Positions 42,890 to 53,787 are shown, counted from the whole stretch's first letter. The stretch: DNA of 63,719 nt, filler included, from 4 parts of 4 records of this genome joined end to end with filler, not necessarily neighbours in it; one strand, 5' to 3'. A program made the numbers and translations. Notes: generated by a model not told the origin, from the letters alone.

Positions 42890-43665
42890 TGACCTACAAA
42901 CCACTATTATCACTTTGCATCGTTTTGATACTAATGTCTTGCGGAAGCAAAAAATTGGTGTCAGAAACCAGTGGCACCACAGATTTAGCAACAGCAAATG
43001 TTATTAAAAAACATTATGAAAATGCAGTTAGTTTTGAAACGCTAGCAGGTCGTTTAAAAGTGCGGTACCAAGATGAGAAGCAAACTCAAAACGTTTCTGT
43101 AAGCATACGTATGGAAAAAGATAAAGCCATATGGATGAGTGCTAATATATTAGGTATACCACTTGCTAAAGTTTTAATTACACCTAATAGCGTTAAATAT
43201 TATGAGAAAATTTCAGGAAGTTATTTTGATGGTGATTTTAGGTTATTATCTGATGTACTAGGAACTGAATTAGATTTTAATAAAGTTCAAAACATCTTAT
43301 TAGGCCAAACAATTTATGACCTAAGACAAGAACCTTACATATTAGAAACTTCAGATCGTGGTTATGTTCTTCAACCAAAAAAACAATTTGATTTATTTAC
43401 GAGGTTATTTTTGCTAAACGCATCAACATATAAAACAGAAGCGCAGCAGTTGGTAAATAATAATGAAAACCAAAGTGCAATTGTGACCTATCCCACTTAT
43501 CAAACTATTTCTGGTCAAGTGTTTCCAAATGAAATTAATATTGTTGCAAATCAAAACAATAAAAACACATTAATAGATATAGAATACAGGTCTGTAGAGT
43601 TTAATGTAGATGTAAGCTTTCCTTTTAGTATCCCAAGTGGTTATGATGAAATTGAACTTAAATGA
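42889..43665 (+). CDS. DUF4292 domain lipoprotein
   Basis: Lipobox LMSC; IRMEKDKAIWMS; FPFSIPSGY; usual position upstream of the M23 gene. Confidence 0.82.
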   Translation: MTYKPLLSLCIVLILMSCGSKKLVSETSGTTDLATANVIKKHYENAVSFETLAGRLKVRYQDEKQTQNVSVSIRMEKDKAIWMSANILGIPLAKVLITPNSVKYYEKISGSYFDGDFRLLSDVLGTELDFNKVQNILLGQTIYDLRQEPYILETSDRGYVLQPKKQFDLFTRLFLLNASTYKTEAQQLVNNNENQSAIVTYPTYQTISGQVFPNEINIVANQNNKNTLIDIEYRSVEFNVDVSFPFSIPSGYDEIELK

Positions 43666-44885
43666 GTAGAGTACTAAAAACCCTAGTAATAGTAAGCCTT
43701 CTTTTAGGAGGATTTTTGTCTCATGCACAAGACAGCAAACGTAAAGAGTTAGAAAACAGGCGTTTTGAGTTACAACAGGAAATTAAGCGTATTAATGCCT
43801 TACGTACAAGTAACTTGAAAAAGCAAAAATCTGTATTAACTCAGGTTGAAGATTTAGATACTCAAATTTCTACAACAGAACGGCTAATTAAGGTTACTAA
43901 CCAACAAGCTAATCTGCTTACTCGAAACATAAACAATAACTTAAAGAAAATTGAAAAATTTAGGGATGAGTTAGTGAGCTTAAAAGAAGATTATGACAAG
44001 ATGATTGTCAAATCATATAAAAGCCGAAGTAACCAAAACAGAATTATGTTCTTGTTATCTTCTAAAAACTTTTTGCAAGCTTATAAACGTGTACAGTATA
44101 TGAAACAATATACAGAGTACCGTAAAGAGCAAGGTGAGCAAATACAAGAACGCACAAAAATGCTGCAAACCTTAAATGCAGATTTAATTGAGCAGCGTAA
44201 GGATAAAGACAAACTCATTAAAGAAAATAAAGTTGTACAAGCGCAATTAAGAAAAGATAAAGAGGCGCAAGAAGTATTAGTTGCACAAATACGAAAGAAA
44301 GAAGGTCAATTTACTGCAGAGATTCGTAAGAAACAGCAAGAAATTAACCGTATAGATAATGAGATAGACCGCATTATTAGGGAAGCCATTGCAAAAAGTA
44401 ATAAAGGCGCTGCTAAAGAAGATGTAGATCGCGGTCGTTTTAAAGCTACACCAGAATCTAAAGCCTTAGCATCTAAATTTGAACAAAACAAGGGTAAGTT
44501 ACCATGGCCAGTTAAAAATGGTGTGGTTTCTATGCGTTTTGGTACACAACCACATCCTATTGTAAAATCTACCACAATTTCAAGTAATGGTGTTAGGATA
44601 GATACTGAAGATAAGGGTCGTGCTCGTGCAGTATTTGGAGGAAAGGTAAGTGAGATACAAGCTGTAAAGGGTGCTAATAAAGTAGTGATGGTAAGACATG
44701 GTGACTATATTACAATTTACTCTAACCTATCTAGCGTATCTGTAAGAAAAGGAGATGATGTAGATATTAATCAAGATCTTGGTGAAATAGGAAAAAGTAC
44801 AGCTACAGGAAAAACAACGCTTTACTTCCTTATATATAAAAACACCCAAAAACTGAATCCAGCAAGTTGGGTGTTTAAAATGTAA
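43662..44885 (+). CDS. Murein hydrolase activator EnvC-like / peptidase M23
   Basis: Long coiled coil followed by KGKLPWPV...NGVRI...VMVRHGDYITIYSNL...LNPASW. Confidence 0.9.
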   Translation: MSRVLKTLVIVSLLLGGFLSHAQDSKRKELENRRFELQQEIKRINALRTSNLKKQKSVLTQVEDLDTQISTTERLIKVTNQQANLLTRNINNNLKKIEKFRDELVSLKEDYDKMIVKSYKSRSNQNRIMFLLSSKNFLQAYKRVQYMKQYTEYRKEQGEQIQERTKMLQTLNADLIEQRKDKDKLIKENKVVQAQLRKDKEAQEVLVAQIRKKEGQFTAEIRKKQQEINRIDNEIDRIIREAIAKSNKGAAKEDVDRGRFKATPESKALASKFEQNKGKLPWPVKNGVVSMRFGTQPHPIVKSTTISSNGVRIDTEDKGRARAVFGGKVSEIQAVKGANKVVMVRHGDYITIYSNLSSVSVRKGDDVDINQDLGEIGKSTATGKTTLYFLIYKNTQKLNPASWVFKM

Positions 44886-44901
44886 TGTGATTACTGTTTA
44901 G

Positions 44902-45414
44902 TTAATCTTCAAACAGTGCCTTTAGTTCTGTAGCATCATTAGCTTTCATTTTACCTGCTAACACTAAACTTAATTGCTTACGTCTTAATGCAGCGTCATA
45001 ACGAGAAATTTCAAGGTCTGTTTCTGGTTTTAATGGTGGTATAGCAACTGGACTACCTAAATCATCTACAGCTACAAATGTATAAATCGCTTCGTTAGAA
45101 AGGCTTCTAAGACCGCTTTCTCTATCTTCTACATACACTTCAATAAAAACTTCCATAGAAGTTCTAAATGCACGAGAAACAATAGCCTCTACGGTAACAA
45201 CACTTCCTACGGGAATGCTTCTATTAAATGCAACGTGATTTACAGATGCAGTTACTACTATACGACGGCTGTGGCGCCTTGCAGATATACTTGCTGCACG
45301 ATCCATTCTTGCTAATAGCTCACCTCCAAAAAGATTGTTTAAAGGATTGGTTTCGCTTGGTAATACCAAGTCTGTATACGTAGTTTTAGATTCTTTTGGG
45401 GTCTTTGCCTCCAT
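44902..45414 (-). CDS. Acyl-CoA thioesterase (hotdog fold)
   Basis: VLPSETNPLNNLFGGELLARMD, VVTASV, YTFVAVD. Confidence 0.92.
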   Translation of the reverse strand: MEAKTPKESKTTYTDLVLPSETNPLNNLFGGELLARMDRAASISARRHSRRIVVTASVNHVAFNRSIPVGSVVTVEAIVSRAFRTSMEVFIEVYVEDRESGLRSLSNEAIYTFVAVDDLGSPVAIPPLKPETDLEISRYDAALRRKQLSLVLAGKMKANDATELKALFED

Positions 45415-45476
45415 AGCATTTTCTTTTTTGCAAAGGTACTATGGAAATGAGGAGTATAAAAGTAATTAACGCTTAT

Positions 45477-46430
45477 TTAATCTTTGTCCTGTACAAGCAA
45501 CCAAGCGCTTGCATTTTCATCACGCTTTACATTGCGTAATGCCTGCAAAGCCTCTAGCCTATCTGAATGACTACTATATACAACTTGGTGTAAACCATAT
45601 TTGTTTTTACCAATACGTCTAGCTTTAAAGCCTTTAGCTTCCAACTGGCTTACCTTTTTATCTGCATTTTCTTCAACTCTAAACGCTCCTGCAATAATAT
45701 GGTAATTACCTTTTGGTTTTTCTACCTTAAAAGTAACAGGCTGTAAAGGGTTATCTATAACAAACGTTGCTTGTTGTATGTGTTGTTCTAGTTGAGCATC
45801 TGCTTTTTGTTGTTCTGCAATGTTATGTGCTTTTACTTGAGAGCTATAATAGTTTAAACCTAAAAACCCAGAAAGACCTAGTGCCAACAAGCCAACGGCA
45901 GCATACTTTAAGTATGGACGTTTGGTTTCTCTTGTGTTTTCTAAAATTACTACAGGAGTTTGTTCCTCAACCTCTATTTCGTCTTGCTCTAAATGCTCTT
46001 GTACAGTTTCCCTTACTACAGAAGAAGATGTAAAAGAAGATAAACCAAAAGATGATGCTAGGTAGTTTATATGGTAAGAAGGATCAAATAATAACTTTCC
46101 TTCTTCGGTTCTAGAAAAGGTACCTATATTTTCTAATGAAAAGGTATTCTCTGTATCTAATGCCAATTTTGATTCTCTAACAAAAGCTTCAACTTTTGAA
46201 GATGCCGCATAATAGTTAGAATGCTCTGTAGTTGCAATATGGTTAACTAACAACCCATCAGATTTTTGAAGTTGTTCATTAAACGATACTACCTTTCTTG
46301 GCGGATAAAATGCATTGGTAGTTTCGTGAACGCGTGCCGATTCTGTTTGAGTAATAAAGGCTCCAAAGTTTGGAACAATTACGCACTCGTATCGGTATAG
46401 TAAATCTGATATGTGTTGAGAAATAGTCAT
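45477..46430 (-). CDS. HU-CCDC81-like + SPOR domain protein
   Basis: LLYRYECVIVPNFGAF; one TM segment; YHIIAGAFRVEENA SPOR. Confidence 0.88.
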   Translation of the reverse strand: MTISQHISDLLYRYECVIVPNFGAFITQTESARVHETTNAFYPPRKVVSFNEQLQKSDGLLVNHIATTEHSNYYAASSKVEAFVRESKLALDTENTFSLENIGTFSRTEEGKLLFDPSYHINYLASSFGLSSFTSSSVVRETVQEHLEQDEIEVEEQTPVVILENTRETKRPYLKYAAVGLLALGLSGFLGLNYYSSQVKAHNIAEQQKADAQLEQHIQQATFVIDNPLQPVTFKVEKPKGNYHIIAGAFRVEENADKKVSQLEAKGFKARRIGKNKYGLHQVVYSSHSDRLEALQALRNVKRDENASAWLLVQDKD

Positions 46431-46530
46431 TGTTTCAAAAGTAACAGAAAAAATAGCGTGGTAAAAGACAAATCTTAAAATTTATCAACAGCTTAAAAAT
46501 TGATAAAATACAGTAACTTAGTCAACTGTC

Positions 46531-47631
46531 ATGAATACCAATAGCCTTTTACATCTTCTTGCCTTACAGAAAGCGCCAAATCTTGGAGATACCACAGCAA
46601 AAAAATTAATTGCTGTTGTAGGATCTGTTGAAGGTGTTTTTAAGGAGAAACGTCAAAATTTATTAAAAATAGATGGTATTGGAGAGCATCGTATAAAAGG
46701 ATTGTTTGATGTAAGTTTATTTGACGCTGCAGAAACTGAACTCGAATTTATAAAAGCTAACAATATCACTACACAGAACTATATGGATTCTGAATATCCT
46801 GAGCGCTTAAAGCAATGTGCAGATGGCCCTATTTTACTATTTCAACGTGGCGCTATTAATTTAAATAACAGGCATATTATAAGTATTGTTGGCACTAGAA
46901 AAGTTACCACACAAGGCATCTCTTTTTGTAACGAGTTTATTGAAGCATTGTCTCCATTAAACCCAATAATAGTTTCTGGTTTTGCTTATGGTGTAGATAT
47001 AACTGCGCAAAAGTCTGCTGTTAAACACCAATTGCAAACCATAGGTTGTTTAGCTCATGGTTTAAACCAAATTTATCCTAAAGTACATTCTAAGTATGTG
47101 TCGCAGATAGAAGATAATGGTGGTTTTATTACAGACTTTTGGAGTAGTGATACTTTTGATAGGAATAATTTTTTAAAGCGTAACCGTATTATTGCTGGCT
47201 TAAGTGAAGCCACAATTGTTATAGAAAGTGCCGAGAAAGGTGGTTCCTTAGTTACTGCAGATATTGCCAACTCTTATGACAGAGAGGTTTTTGCAGTTCC
47301 TGGAAGACCTAAAGACACACAAAGTGTTGGGTGTAACACCTTAATTAAAAAACAGCAGGCACACGTACTAACAAGTGCAGCAGATTTAATTTATATGCTA
47401 AATTGGGACATAAACGAAAAACCAAAAACAGTTCAAAAAAGCTTGTTTGTAGAATTAGATGATACAGAAAAAACTATTTATAAGTATTTACAAGAACAAG
47501 GTAAAGAGCACATAGACCTTATTGCTTTAGGCTGTAATATGCCTAGTTACAAAATTGCTTCTGTATTGCTTAGTATGGAAATGAAAGGTGTTATAAGACC
47601 GTTACCTGGTAAGTTGTTCGAAGTGTTTTAA
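46531..47631 (+). CDS. dprA: DNA-processing protein DprA
   Basis: SIVGTR, IVSGFAYGVD, FLKRNRIIAGLS, GGSLVTA, VFAVPG. Confidence 0.96.
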   Translation: MNTNSLLHLLALQKAPNLGDTTAKKLIAVVGSVEGVFKEKRQNLLKIDGIGEHRIKGLFDVSLFDAAETELEFIKANNITTQNYMDSEYPERLKQCADGPILLFQRGAINLNNRHIISIVGTRKVTTQGISFCNEFIEALSPLNPIIVSGFAYGVDITAQKSAVKHQLQTIGCLAHGLNQIYPKVHSKYVSQIEDNGGFITDFWSSDTFDRNNFLKRNRIIAGLSEATIVIESAEKGGSLVTADIANSYDREVFAVPGRPKDTQSVGCNTLIKKQQAHVLTSAADLIYMLNWDINEKPKTVQKSLFVELDDTEKTIYKYLQEQGKEHIDLIALGCNMPSYKIASVLLSMEMKGVIRPLPGKLFEVF

Positions 47632-47671
47632 ACTTTTATTGTTTAGATTTAGAGAATTAATAACTATTTCT

Positions 47672-48274
47672 ATGCATCAATCACCTATTAAAAAGGCCTT
47701 ATACGTATTTATATTTTTAGCGATAGCTAATAATATAAACGCACAAACGTCCACTCAAAAGGCAAGTGTTGAAAAATCTTTATACGGGATACAAACTGGC
47801 TTTCTTGGTATTTGGGGTCATAATGAAGCAAGACTCACAAACACCATTGCCTTACGTACAGAAATTGGTCTTGATGCAGATATTTTTAATGCAGAGTTTA
47901 TTGGCTCTAATGATAAATTCCTTTTAACACCTGTTATAACCTTAGAACCAAGATGGTATTACAGCCTTAATAGACGTTTTAGAAAAGGAAAAAAGATAGC
48001 CAATAATACAGCAAACTTTCTAACACTTAAAATTAGTTATCATCCCAATTTATTTGTCATAAGTAATGTTGAAAATATTGAAGTTATTCCAGATCTTCAA
48101 ATAATACCTAAATGGGCAATTAAGCGTACAATAGGTAAACACTTTACCTATGAAACAGGTATAGGTATTGGTTATCGAAAACTATTTTATCCAAATGACC
48201 GCAACAGAATATTTATCGGAGATGATTCTGATGTGGCAGTAGATCTGCATTTAAGACTTGGCTATACCTTCTAG
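47672..48274 (+). CDS. Hypothetical outer-membrane beta-barrel protein
   Basis: Signal peptide; LEPRWYY; terminal LRLGYTF. Confidence 0.75.
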   Translation: MHQSPIKKALYVFIFLAIANNINAQTSTQKASVEKSLYGIQTGFLGIWGHNEARLTNTIALRTEIGLDADIFNAEFIGSNDKFLLTPVITLEPRWYYSLNRRFRKGKKIANNTANFLTLKISYHPNLFVISNVENIEVIPDLQIIPKWAIKRTIGKHFTYETGIGIGYRKLFYPNDRNRIFIGDDSDVAVDLHLRLGYTF

Positions 48275-48287
48275 TATTTTAGATAAA

Positions 48288-49256
48288 TTAATATCCCAAT
48301 TTTTCTCTTACTCTTTTCAACACCTCGTTAGCGGTTTTAGTTGCCTTTTCTTGTCCAATTTTTAAAGCAGCATCTATTTTATCTGTATTATTCATATAAT
48401 GATTAAAACGCTCACGTTCGGCAGCAAATTTTTCAATAATAAGTTCGTACAATGCTTGTTTGGCGTGACCGTAGCCATAGTTTCCGCCTGCATAGTTTTG
48501 CATCATCTGCTCTACTTGTTCTTTAGTACCTAATAATTTATACAGTGCAAAAACATTACAAGTATCTGTATCCTTAGGTTCTTCAAGCGGTGTGCTATCT
48601 GTTTCAATTGTCATTATTTGCTTACGCAATTTCTTGTCTGGTAAAAATAAGTTAATGATGTTTCCTTTAGATTTACTCATCTTAGCTCCATCTGTACCAG
48701 GAATATACATAGTTTCCTCTTGTATCTTGCCATCTGGCATCACAAAAGTATCTCCTAATTTAGCGTGAAATCTGGAAGCTACATCTCTTGTCATTTCTAT
48801 ATGTTGCAGTTGGTCTTTTCCTACTGGAATAATTTCAGCATCATAAATTAATATATCTGCCGCCATTAACATTGGATATGTAAACAAGCCTGCATTTACA
48901 TCTTCTAAACGGTCTGCTTTGTCTTTAAATGAATGTGCTAATGTTAAGCGTTGGTAGGGATAAAAGCAGCTTAAATACCAAGATAACTCTGTAACTTGAG
49001 GTATATCACTTTGGCGATAAAAAACAGTCTTGTTTACATCAAGACCAAAAGCTAACCAAGTAGCTGCGGTGGCATAGGTATTTTGGCGTAATGTTTCTGC
49101 ATCTTTAATTTGAGTAAGCGAATGTAAATCTGCTATAAATAGATATGATTCGTTTTTAGGATCGTTCGACATTTCTATTGCCGGTATAATAGCTCCTAAT
49201 AAATTACCCAAATGTGGCGTTCCAGTACTTTGTACGCCTGTTAATATCCTAGACAT
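48288..49256 (-). CDS. trpS: Tryptophan--tRNA ligase
   Basis: TGVQSTGTPHLGN, YPMLMAADIL, VGKDQLQH, KMSKS; start MSRIL at 49256. Confidence 0.98.
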   Translation of the reverse strand: MSRILTGVQSTGTPHLGNLLGAIIPAIEMSNDPKNESYLFIADLHSLTQIKDAETLRQNTYATAATWLAFGLDVNKTVFYRQSDIPQVTELSWYLSCFYPYQRLTLAHSFKDKADRLEDVNAGLFTYPMLMAADILIYDAEIIPVGKDQLQHIEMTRDVASRFHAKLGDTFVMPDGKIQEETMYIPGTDGAKMSKSKGNIINLFLPDKKLRKQIMTIETDSTPLEEPKDTDTCNVFALYKLLGTKEQVEQMMQNYAGGNYGYGHAKQALYELIIEKFAAERERFNHYMNNTDKIDAALKIGQEKATKTANEVLKRVREKLGY

Positions 49257-49330
49257 TCTGTTATCTTTAAATTTGACAGCAAAGGTACTTTTTTTAAGAA
49301 ATATGACATACAAATCCCTACTTTTGAAAG

Positions 49331-50077
49331 ATGTCTTTAATGCGTAATTTTTTTATCCTTCTGTGGCGCATTTGGTTTTACCTATTAATGGGTTTACCAT
49401 TGGTCATTATGTTCCCTATTTTATTAATAAGCATTTCAAAAAAATCCTGGTATCCATTCTTCTTTAAATTAGCGCGTTTTTGGGCTAAACTTATTTTATA
49501 TGGTATGGGTTTTATTCCTTCAAGAACGTATGAGCAAAAACCTAAACCAGGACATTCTTATATGTTTATAGCAAACCACACTAGTATGATAGATATTATG
49601 CTAATGCTACACACTATAAAAAATCCATTTGTATTTGTAGGTAAAGCAGAGTTGGCTAAAATTCCAATTTTCGGTTTCTTTTATAAACGTACTTGTATTT
49701 TGGTAGATCGTAATAATGCATCAAGCAGAAAAGCTGTATTTGATAGTGCTAAAAAACGCTTAGATACAGGAATAAGTATTTGCATTTTTCCTGAAGGTGG
49801 TGTTCCAGATGACGAGTCTGTTGTATTAGATGTATTTAAAGATGGTGCATTTAGGCTGGCAATAGAGCATCAAATACCTATTGTGCCTATTGTATTTTAT
49901 GATAATAAAGCTCGGTTTTCTTATACATTCTTTAGCGGTAGTTTAGGTAAAACAAGAGCTAAAGTTTTAAAGTTTGTTAATACAAAAGGAAAATCGCAAG
50001 TTAATAGAGCAGATTTAAAATCTGCGTGCAGAACTAAAATATTAAATGAATTAAAAGCACAAAAAATCCGCTCTTAA
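49331..50077 (+). CDS. plsC: 1-acyl-sn-glycerol-3-phosphate acyltransferase
   Basis: NHTSMID, FPEG, FKDGAF. Confidence 0.9.
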   Translation: MSLMRNFFILLWRIWFYLLMGLPLVIMFPILLISISKKSWYPFFFKLARFWAKLILYGMGFIPSRTYEQKPKPGHSYMFIANHTSMIDIMLMLHTIKNPFVFVGKAELAKIPIFGFFYKRTCILVDRNNASSRKAVFDSAKKRLDTGISICIFPEGGVPDDESVVLDVFKDGAFRLAIEHQIPIVPIVFYDNKARFSYTFFSGSLGKTRAKVLKFVNTKGKSQVNRADLKSACRTKILNELKAQKIRS

Positions 50078-50090
50078 AAGAACGGATTTT
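50063..50090. terminator. Bidirectional intrinsic terminator
   Basis: AAAATCCGCTCT-taaa-AGAACGGATTTT between convergent genes. Confidence 0.75.
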
Positions 50091-50203
50091 CGTCATCATT
50101 GCTGTAAGCTATCTCATCAGATAGAGTTTTGCAATAACTACCTAACCAACTAAAAATTAACTTAAAACAAATGTTAGGAGAACCACCTCGCTAACATTAT
50201 ACT

Positions 50204-51700
50204 TTAAAACTTAAAGCTAAATCCAGAATATACACCCAAATAATAAGGGTTAAAATTACTAGAGTTGCTAAACGTATTTATTTGATATTTAAATGTAGGC
50301 TCTACATTAAACTGTAGGCTACTTGTAATTTTATAATTTACTCCTAATCCAAGATTTGTTGAAAAACTCACGTTGTTTACATTTGTAGCTTCACCAATCT
50401 CATTTCTATTACCATTATTTACAACGGCAATACTATTATCTTCTAAAAACAACGTGCTGGCACCACCAATAAGGTTAACACCAAACCTCTTATTTATTAG
50501 AGCATATTCAAGCTCAACAGGAACTTCAATAAATCCTAATTGTTGATTTAAGTCTCCTAAAAATACTGATGTCCTATCTGCTACAAGCTGGTCTTCTGTA
50601 AAGGTAGATGTAGCGGTTGGTGTAAGGGTTTCGCTATCTCCTACTTGCACATACACACCGCTATTAGTGTTTGGTTTTAAGTTTTGTAGAGATGTTTCTC
50701 TTCCCGAAGGACTAAATGCAATATTATTTGTGTTGGTACTGTGTGTCATTCTAGTTACACCAGAACGAATCTTTAAGCGTTCGTTAACTGCATAAGATAC
50801 ATTTACACCATATGCCAAAGTAACATCACTACTAGTTTCATTATCTGAAAATTGAGGATCTATAGTGCTACCGTTTCCAAAACCACTAGCATAAATAGGA
50901 GCAACATAAGGGCTTGCATTCCATTTTTTAAAAGTAGTAGCTTCCACTACATCTTCATCTTCTGTCTCTGCTTGCTTTTGTTTTTCAGCTTCTTCTAAAA
51001 GCGATGGTAAGTTAGTTTCAGCAACCTCAGTAGTCTCATTATTTTCTTTTTCACTTGAAATGTTGGAGTTAGTGCTACTGTCTTCAGAAGTTACTGCAGT
51101 AGTATTCTGAGTAGAGTTAGGTTGCTGAAACTTATTGTTTTCATTAGAATTTAAACGCTTGTCTAAAGGCTCTAAATTATTATTCTGTTTTTGATTTACG
51201 TTACTCTTGTTAGCTACTCTAATATCACCTTTAACATTAGAAATAGATTCTTTTAAAGTAACTGAAGATTTATACGTGTTCTTATTTGATTTAATTTCTT
51301 TAGATGCTTTTTGACCAGTTGAAGAAACAATTTCATTGGTTGAAGATGTTTCTGACGATGATGTATTGTTAGTATTTTCAACAACGTCTAATTTAGAATT
51401 GTTGTTAACTGTATCTTTATCTTCTACTTGGGTTTTAACTTTAGTGTTTTCTAAATCATCTTGATCAACTATAGTATTAGTAGTATCTGTAGTTAATAAT
51501 GGTTGGGAAAACCAAAATACCAAAGCTAATGCGGCTGCAATTCCTCCAATCTTATACCATAAAGGGATAATAAATGGCGTTCTTTCCTTATCTTCTTTGA
51601 GTTCCTTTTCAATATTAGCCCAAACTTTAGCGCTAGGTTTTGCGTTAAAGTCTTTAAACTTTTCTTGAAATAATCTATCTATGTTTTTTTCCTCTTTCAT
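50204..51700 (-). CDS. Putative anti-sigma factor with C-terminal outer-membrane beta-barrel
   Basis: IDRLFQEKFKDF...VWANIE N-terminus, one TM segment, low-complexity linker, barrel ending GFSFKF; directly after the ECF sigma gene. Confidence 0.78.
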   Translation of the reverse strand: MKEEKNIDRLFQEKFKDFNAKPSAKVWANIEKELKEDKERTPFIIPLWYKIGGIAAALALVFWFSQPLLTTDTTNTIVDQDDLENTKVKTQVEDKDTVNNNSKLDVVENTNNTSSSETSSTNEIVSSTGQKASKEIKSNKNTYKSSVTLKESISNVKGDIRVANKSNVNQKQNNNLEPLDKRLNSNENNKFQQPNSTQNTTAVTSEDSSTNSNISSEKENNETTEVAETNLPSLLEEAEKQKQAETEDEDVVEATTFKKWNASPYVAPIYASGFGNGSTIDPQFSDNETSSDVTLAYGVNVSYAVNERLKIRSGVTRMTHSTNTNNIAFSPSGRETSLQNLKPNTNSGVYVQVGDSETLTPTATSTFTEDQLVADRTSVFLGDLNQQLGFIEVPVELEYALINKRFGVNLIGGASTLFLEDNSIAVVNNGNRNEIGEATNVNNVSFSTNLGLGVNYKITSSLQFNVEPTFKYQINTFSNSSNFNPYYLGVYSGFSFKF

Positions 51701-51708
51701 TAGTCTTT

Positions 51709-52248
51709 TTAAAGAGACTGTTGTCCTTTTGGTTGGGCGTCTTCTATAGTTGCCTTTAATATATGTCTTGCTCTTGCAAGGTTAGATTTAGATGTTCCTA
51801 CAGAGATGCTTAACAAATCCGCAATATCTTTATGTGCATAACCATCTAAAACATATAGGTTAAATACTAACCTGTACCTGTCTGGTAATTGTTGTATGCA
51901 CTTTAAAAGAAAGTCTAACTTAATATCATTTTCTTCTACTTCTACACTAGGTTCTTCTAGCTGTTGTTCGTCTACAATTTCAAAATAGGTTTGCTTCCTA
52001 TATTTTTGAAGTGCTATGTTTATTACAATACGTTTTAACCAACCTTCAAAAGAACCTTTATTTTTATATTGATCTATTTTCTTAAATATCTGTAAAAAAG
52101 CATCTTGCAAATTATCTTCTGCTTCGCTATAATTACGAGAATACTTTAGGCTTACACTAAACAGCTTATCTGCAAATAATTGATACAGCTGTCCTTGTGC
52201 CTTTATGTCTTGCTTTTTGCATTTAAGAATGAGTTGATCTAAACTCAA
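51709..52248 (-). CDS. ECF RNA polymerase sigma factor
   Basis: EAEDNLQDAF, SFEGWLKRI, LPDRYRLVFNL, GTSKSNLARAR; TTG start. Confidence 0.95.
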   Translation of the reverse strand: MSLDQLILKCKKQDIKAQGQLYQLFADKLFSVSLKYSRNYSEAEDNLQDAFLQIFKKIDQYKNKGSFEGWLKRIVINIALQKYRKQTYFEIVDEQQLEEPSVEVEENDIKLDFLLKCIQQLPDRYRLVFNLYVLDGYAHKDIADLLSISVGTSKSNLARARHILKATIEDAQPKGQQSL

Positions 52249-52263
52249 ATTTTCTGTTGTTAA

Positions 52264-52674
52264 TTAATTTTCTGCAACAGGAACTTCAACGGTTAAAAAC
52301 TGCGCGTCACCATTACTGTCTTCTCCTTGATAGAACTTGAAAATATAAAAATCGTCTCGCTCTACAATAAAATTTAAATCGGTTGTTCCAGTCAAGTTTT
52401 CCATCTCTGGACAAGATTGGTTTTGCTCAAAAGCATTAATCACCGCAACTTCTCTGGTGTTTTGATTTTTAGCATAGTCAAATCCTGCAAAGAAATGGCA
52501 TTCTGTAGGGCGATTGTAAACAACTTCAAATTGATACGTGTTACCAAACACAAGTGTATCTGGAAGGTTTACACTCTCTACGTTTACAAACTCAAACTCA
52601 AAGTCTTCTTCATCATCAATGCTACAAGCGGTAATACATACACCTAAAAGTAGCAAAAGCATTAATTTTTTCAT
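52264..52674 (-). CDS. Lipoprotein, first gene of the ECF operon
   Basis: Start MKKLMLL at 52674, lipobox ITAC; RPTECH and YIFKFYQG. Confidence 0.8.
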   Translation of the reverse strand: MKKLMLLLLLGVCITACSIDDEEDFEFEFVNVESVNLPDTLVFGNTYQFEVVYNRPTECHFFAGFDYAKNQNTREVAVINAFEQNQSCPEMENLTGTTDLNFIVERDDFYIFKFYQGEDSNGDAQFLTVEVPVAEN

Positions 52675-52699
52675 CTTATTAAAATGGGGTTTTTTATTA

Positions 52700-52727
52700 A
52701 GATGCAATTTTTTATAAATGGTTGCGT
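52700..52727 (-). promoter_or_regulatory. Putative ECF-sigma promoter ACGCAACC-N14-GCATCT
   Basis: About 25 nt upstream of the lipoprotein-sigma-antisigma operon; the same motif and spacing recur at 53878-53905. Confidence 0.65.
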
Positions 52728-52734
52728 TTGAGGC

Positions 52735-52773
52735 AAAAAAAAATCTCAAAAATTAATTTGAGATTTTTTTTTT
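52735..52773 (-). terminator. recA terminator
   Basis: AAATCTCAAAA...TTTTGAGATTT stem flanked by A/T tracts. Confidence 0.75.
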
Positions 52774-53787
52774 TTATTCTTTTGCCACTTTTATGGCGGC
52801 TTTAATTTTGGTTTCTAGCTCTTCCATTAACTCTGGATTATCTAGTAATAATGCTTTTACAGCATCTCTACCTTGTCCTAGCTTTGTGTCTTCATAGCTA
52901 AACCAGGAACCTGCTTTTTTAACAATTTCATAGTCTACACCAATATCAATAATTTCACCAACCTTAGAAATTCCTTGACCGTACATAATATCGAACTCTG
53001 CTGTTCTAAATGGTGGTGCTACTTTGTTTTTAACAACTTTTACACGTGTCTTATTACCTTGCACCTCGCTATTGCTGTCTTTTATTTGTGTAGATCGACG
53101 AATGTCTAATCTAACTGAACAGTAAAATTTAAGTGCATTACCACCTGTTGTAGTTTCTGGGTTACCAAACATAACTCCAATTTTTTCACGCAATTGGTTA
53201 ATGAAGATAACAGTACACTTGGTTTTACTTATAGATCCTGTTAGCTTTCTTAATGCTTGAGACATTAATCTTGCGTGAAGACCCATTTTAGAATCTCCCA
53301 TTTCACCTTCAATCTCACTTTTAGGTGTAAGTGCCGCAACCGAGTCAATTACAATAATATCTATAGCGCCAGATCTAATTAAGTTGTCTGTAATTTCTAG
53401 AGCCTGCTCACCATTATCTGGTTGAGATATAATTAAGTTCTCTAAGTCTACTCCTAATTTTTCAGCATAAAAACGGTCAAAAGCGTGTTCTGCATCTATA
53501 AAAGCAGCTATGCCACCCGCTTTTTGAGCTTCTGCTATGGCGTGCAAGGTTAAGGTTGTCTTACCTGAAGATTCTGGACCGTAAATTTCAACTATACGTC
53601 CTCTAGGGTAACCACCTACTCCCAAAGCTAAATCTAAACCTAAAGAACCTGTAGAAATTGCTTCAACATCACTCACAGATTGATCACTCATTTTCATGAC
53701 TGTACCTTTACCATAAGTCTTGTCCATCTTATCTAAAGTAAGCTTTAGTGCTTTTAGTTTTGCTTCTTTTTCTTTTTTATCGCTCAT
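52774..53787 (-). CDS. recA: Recombinase A
   Basis: [44 protein letters not shown]. Confidence 0.99.
   Translation of the reverse strand: MSDKKEKEAKLKALKLTLDKMDKTYGKGTVMKMSDQSVSDVEAISTGSLGLDLALGVGGYPRGRIVEIYGPESSGKTTLTLHAIAEAQKAGGIAAFIDAEHAFDRFYAEKLGVDLENLIISQPDNGEQALEITDNLIRSGAIDIIVIDSVAALTPKSEIEGEMGDSKMGLHARLMSQALRKLTGSISKTKCTVIFINQLREKIGVMFGNPETTTGGNALKFYCSVRLDIRRSTQIKDSNSEVQGNKTRVKVVKNKVAPPFRTAEFDIMYGQGISKVGEIIDIGVDYEIVKKAGSWFSYEDTKLGQGRDAVKALLLDNPELMEELETKIKAAIKVAKE

Noticed and set aside
36748-47631. ABC ATPase, flippase, dut, nucleotidyltransferase, TPR, DUF4292, EnvC-like and dprA run as a novel system
   Set aside because: From recall this gene order is ordinary conserved Flavobacteriaceae backbone.
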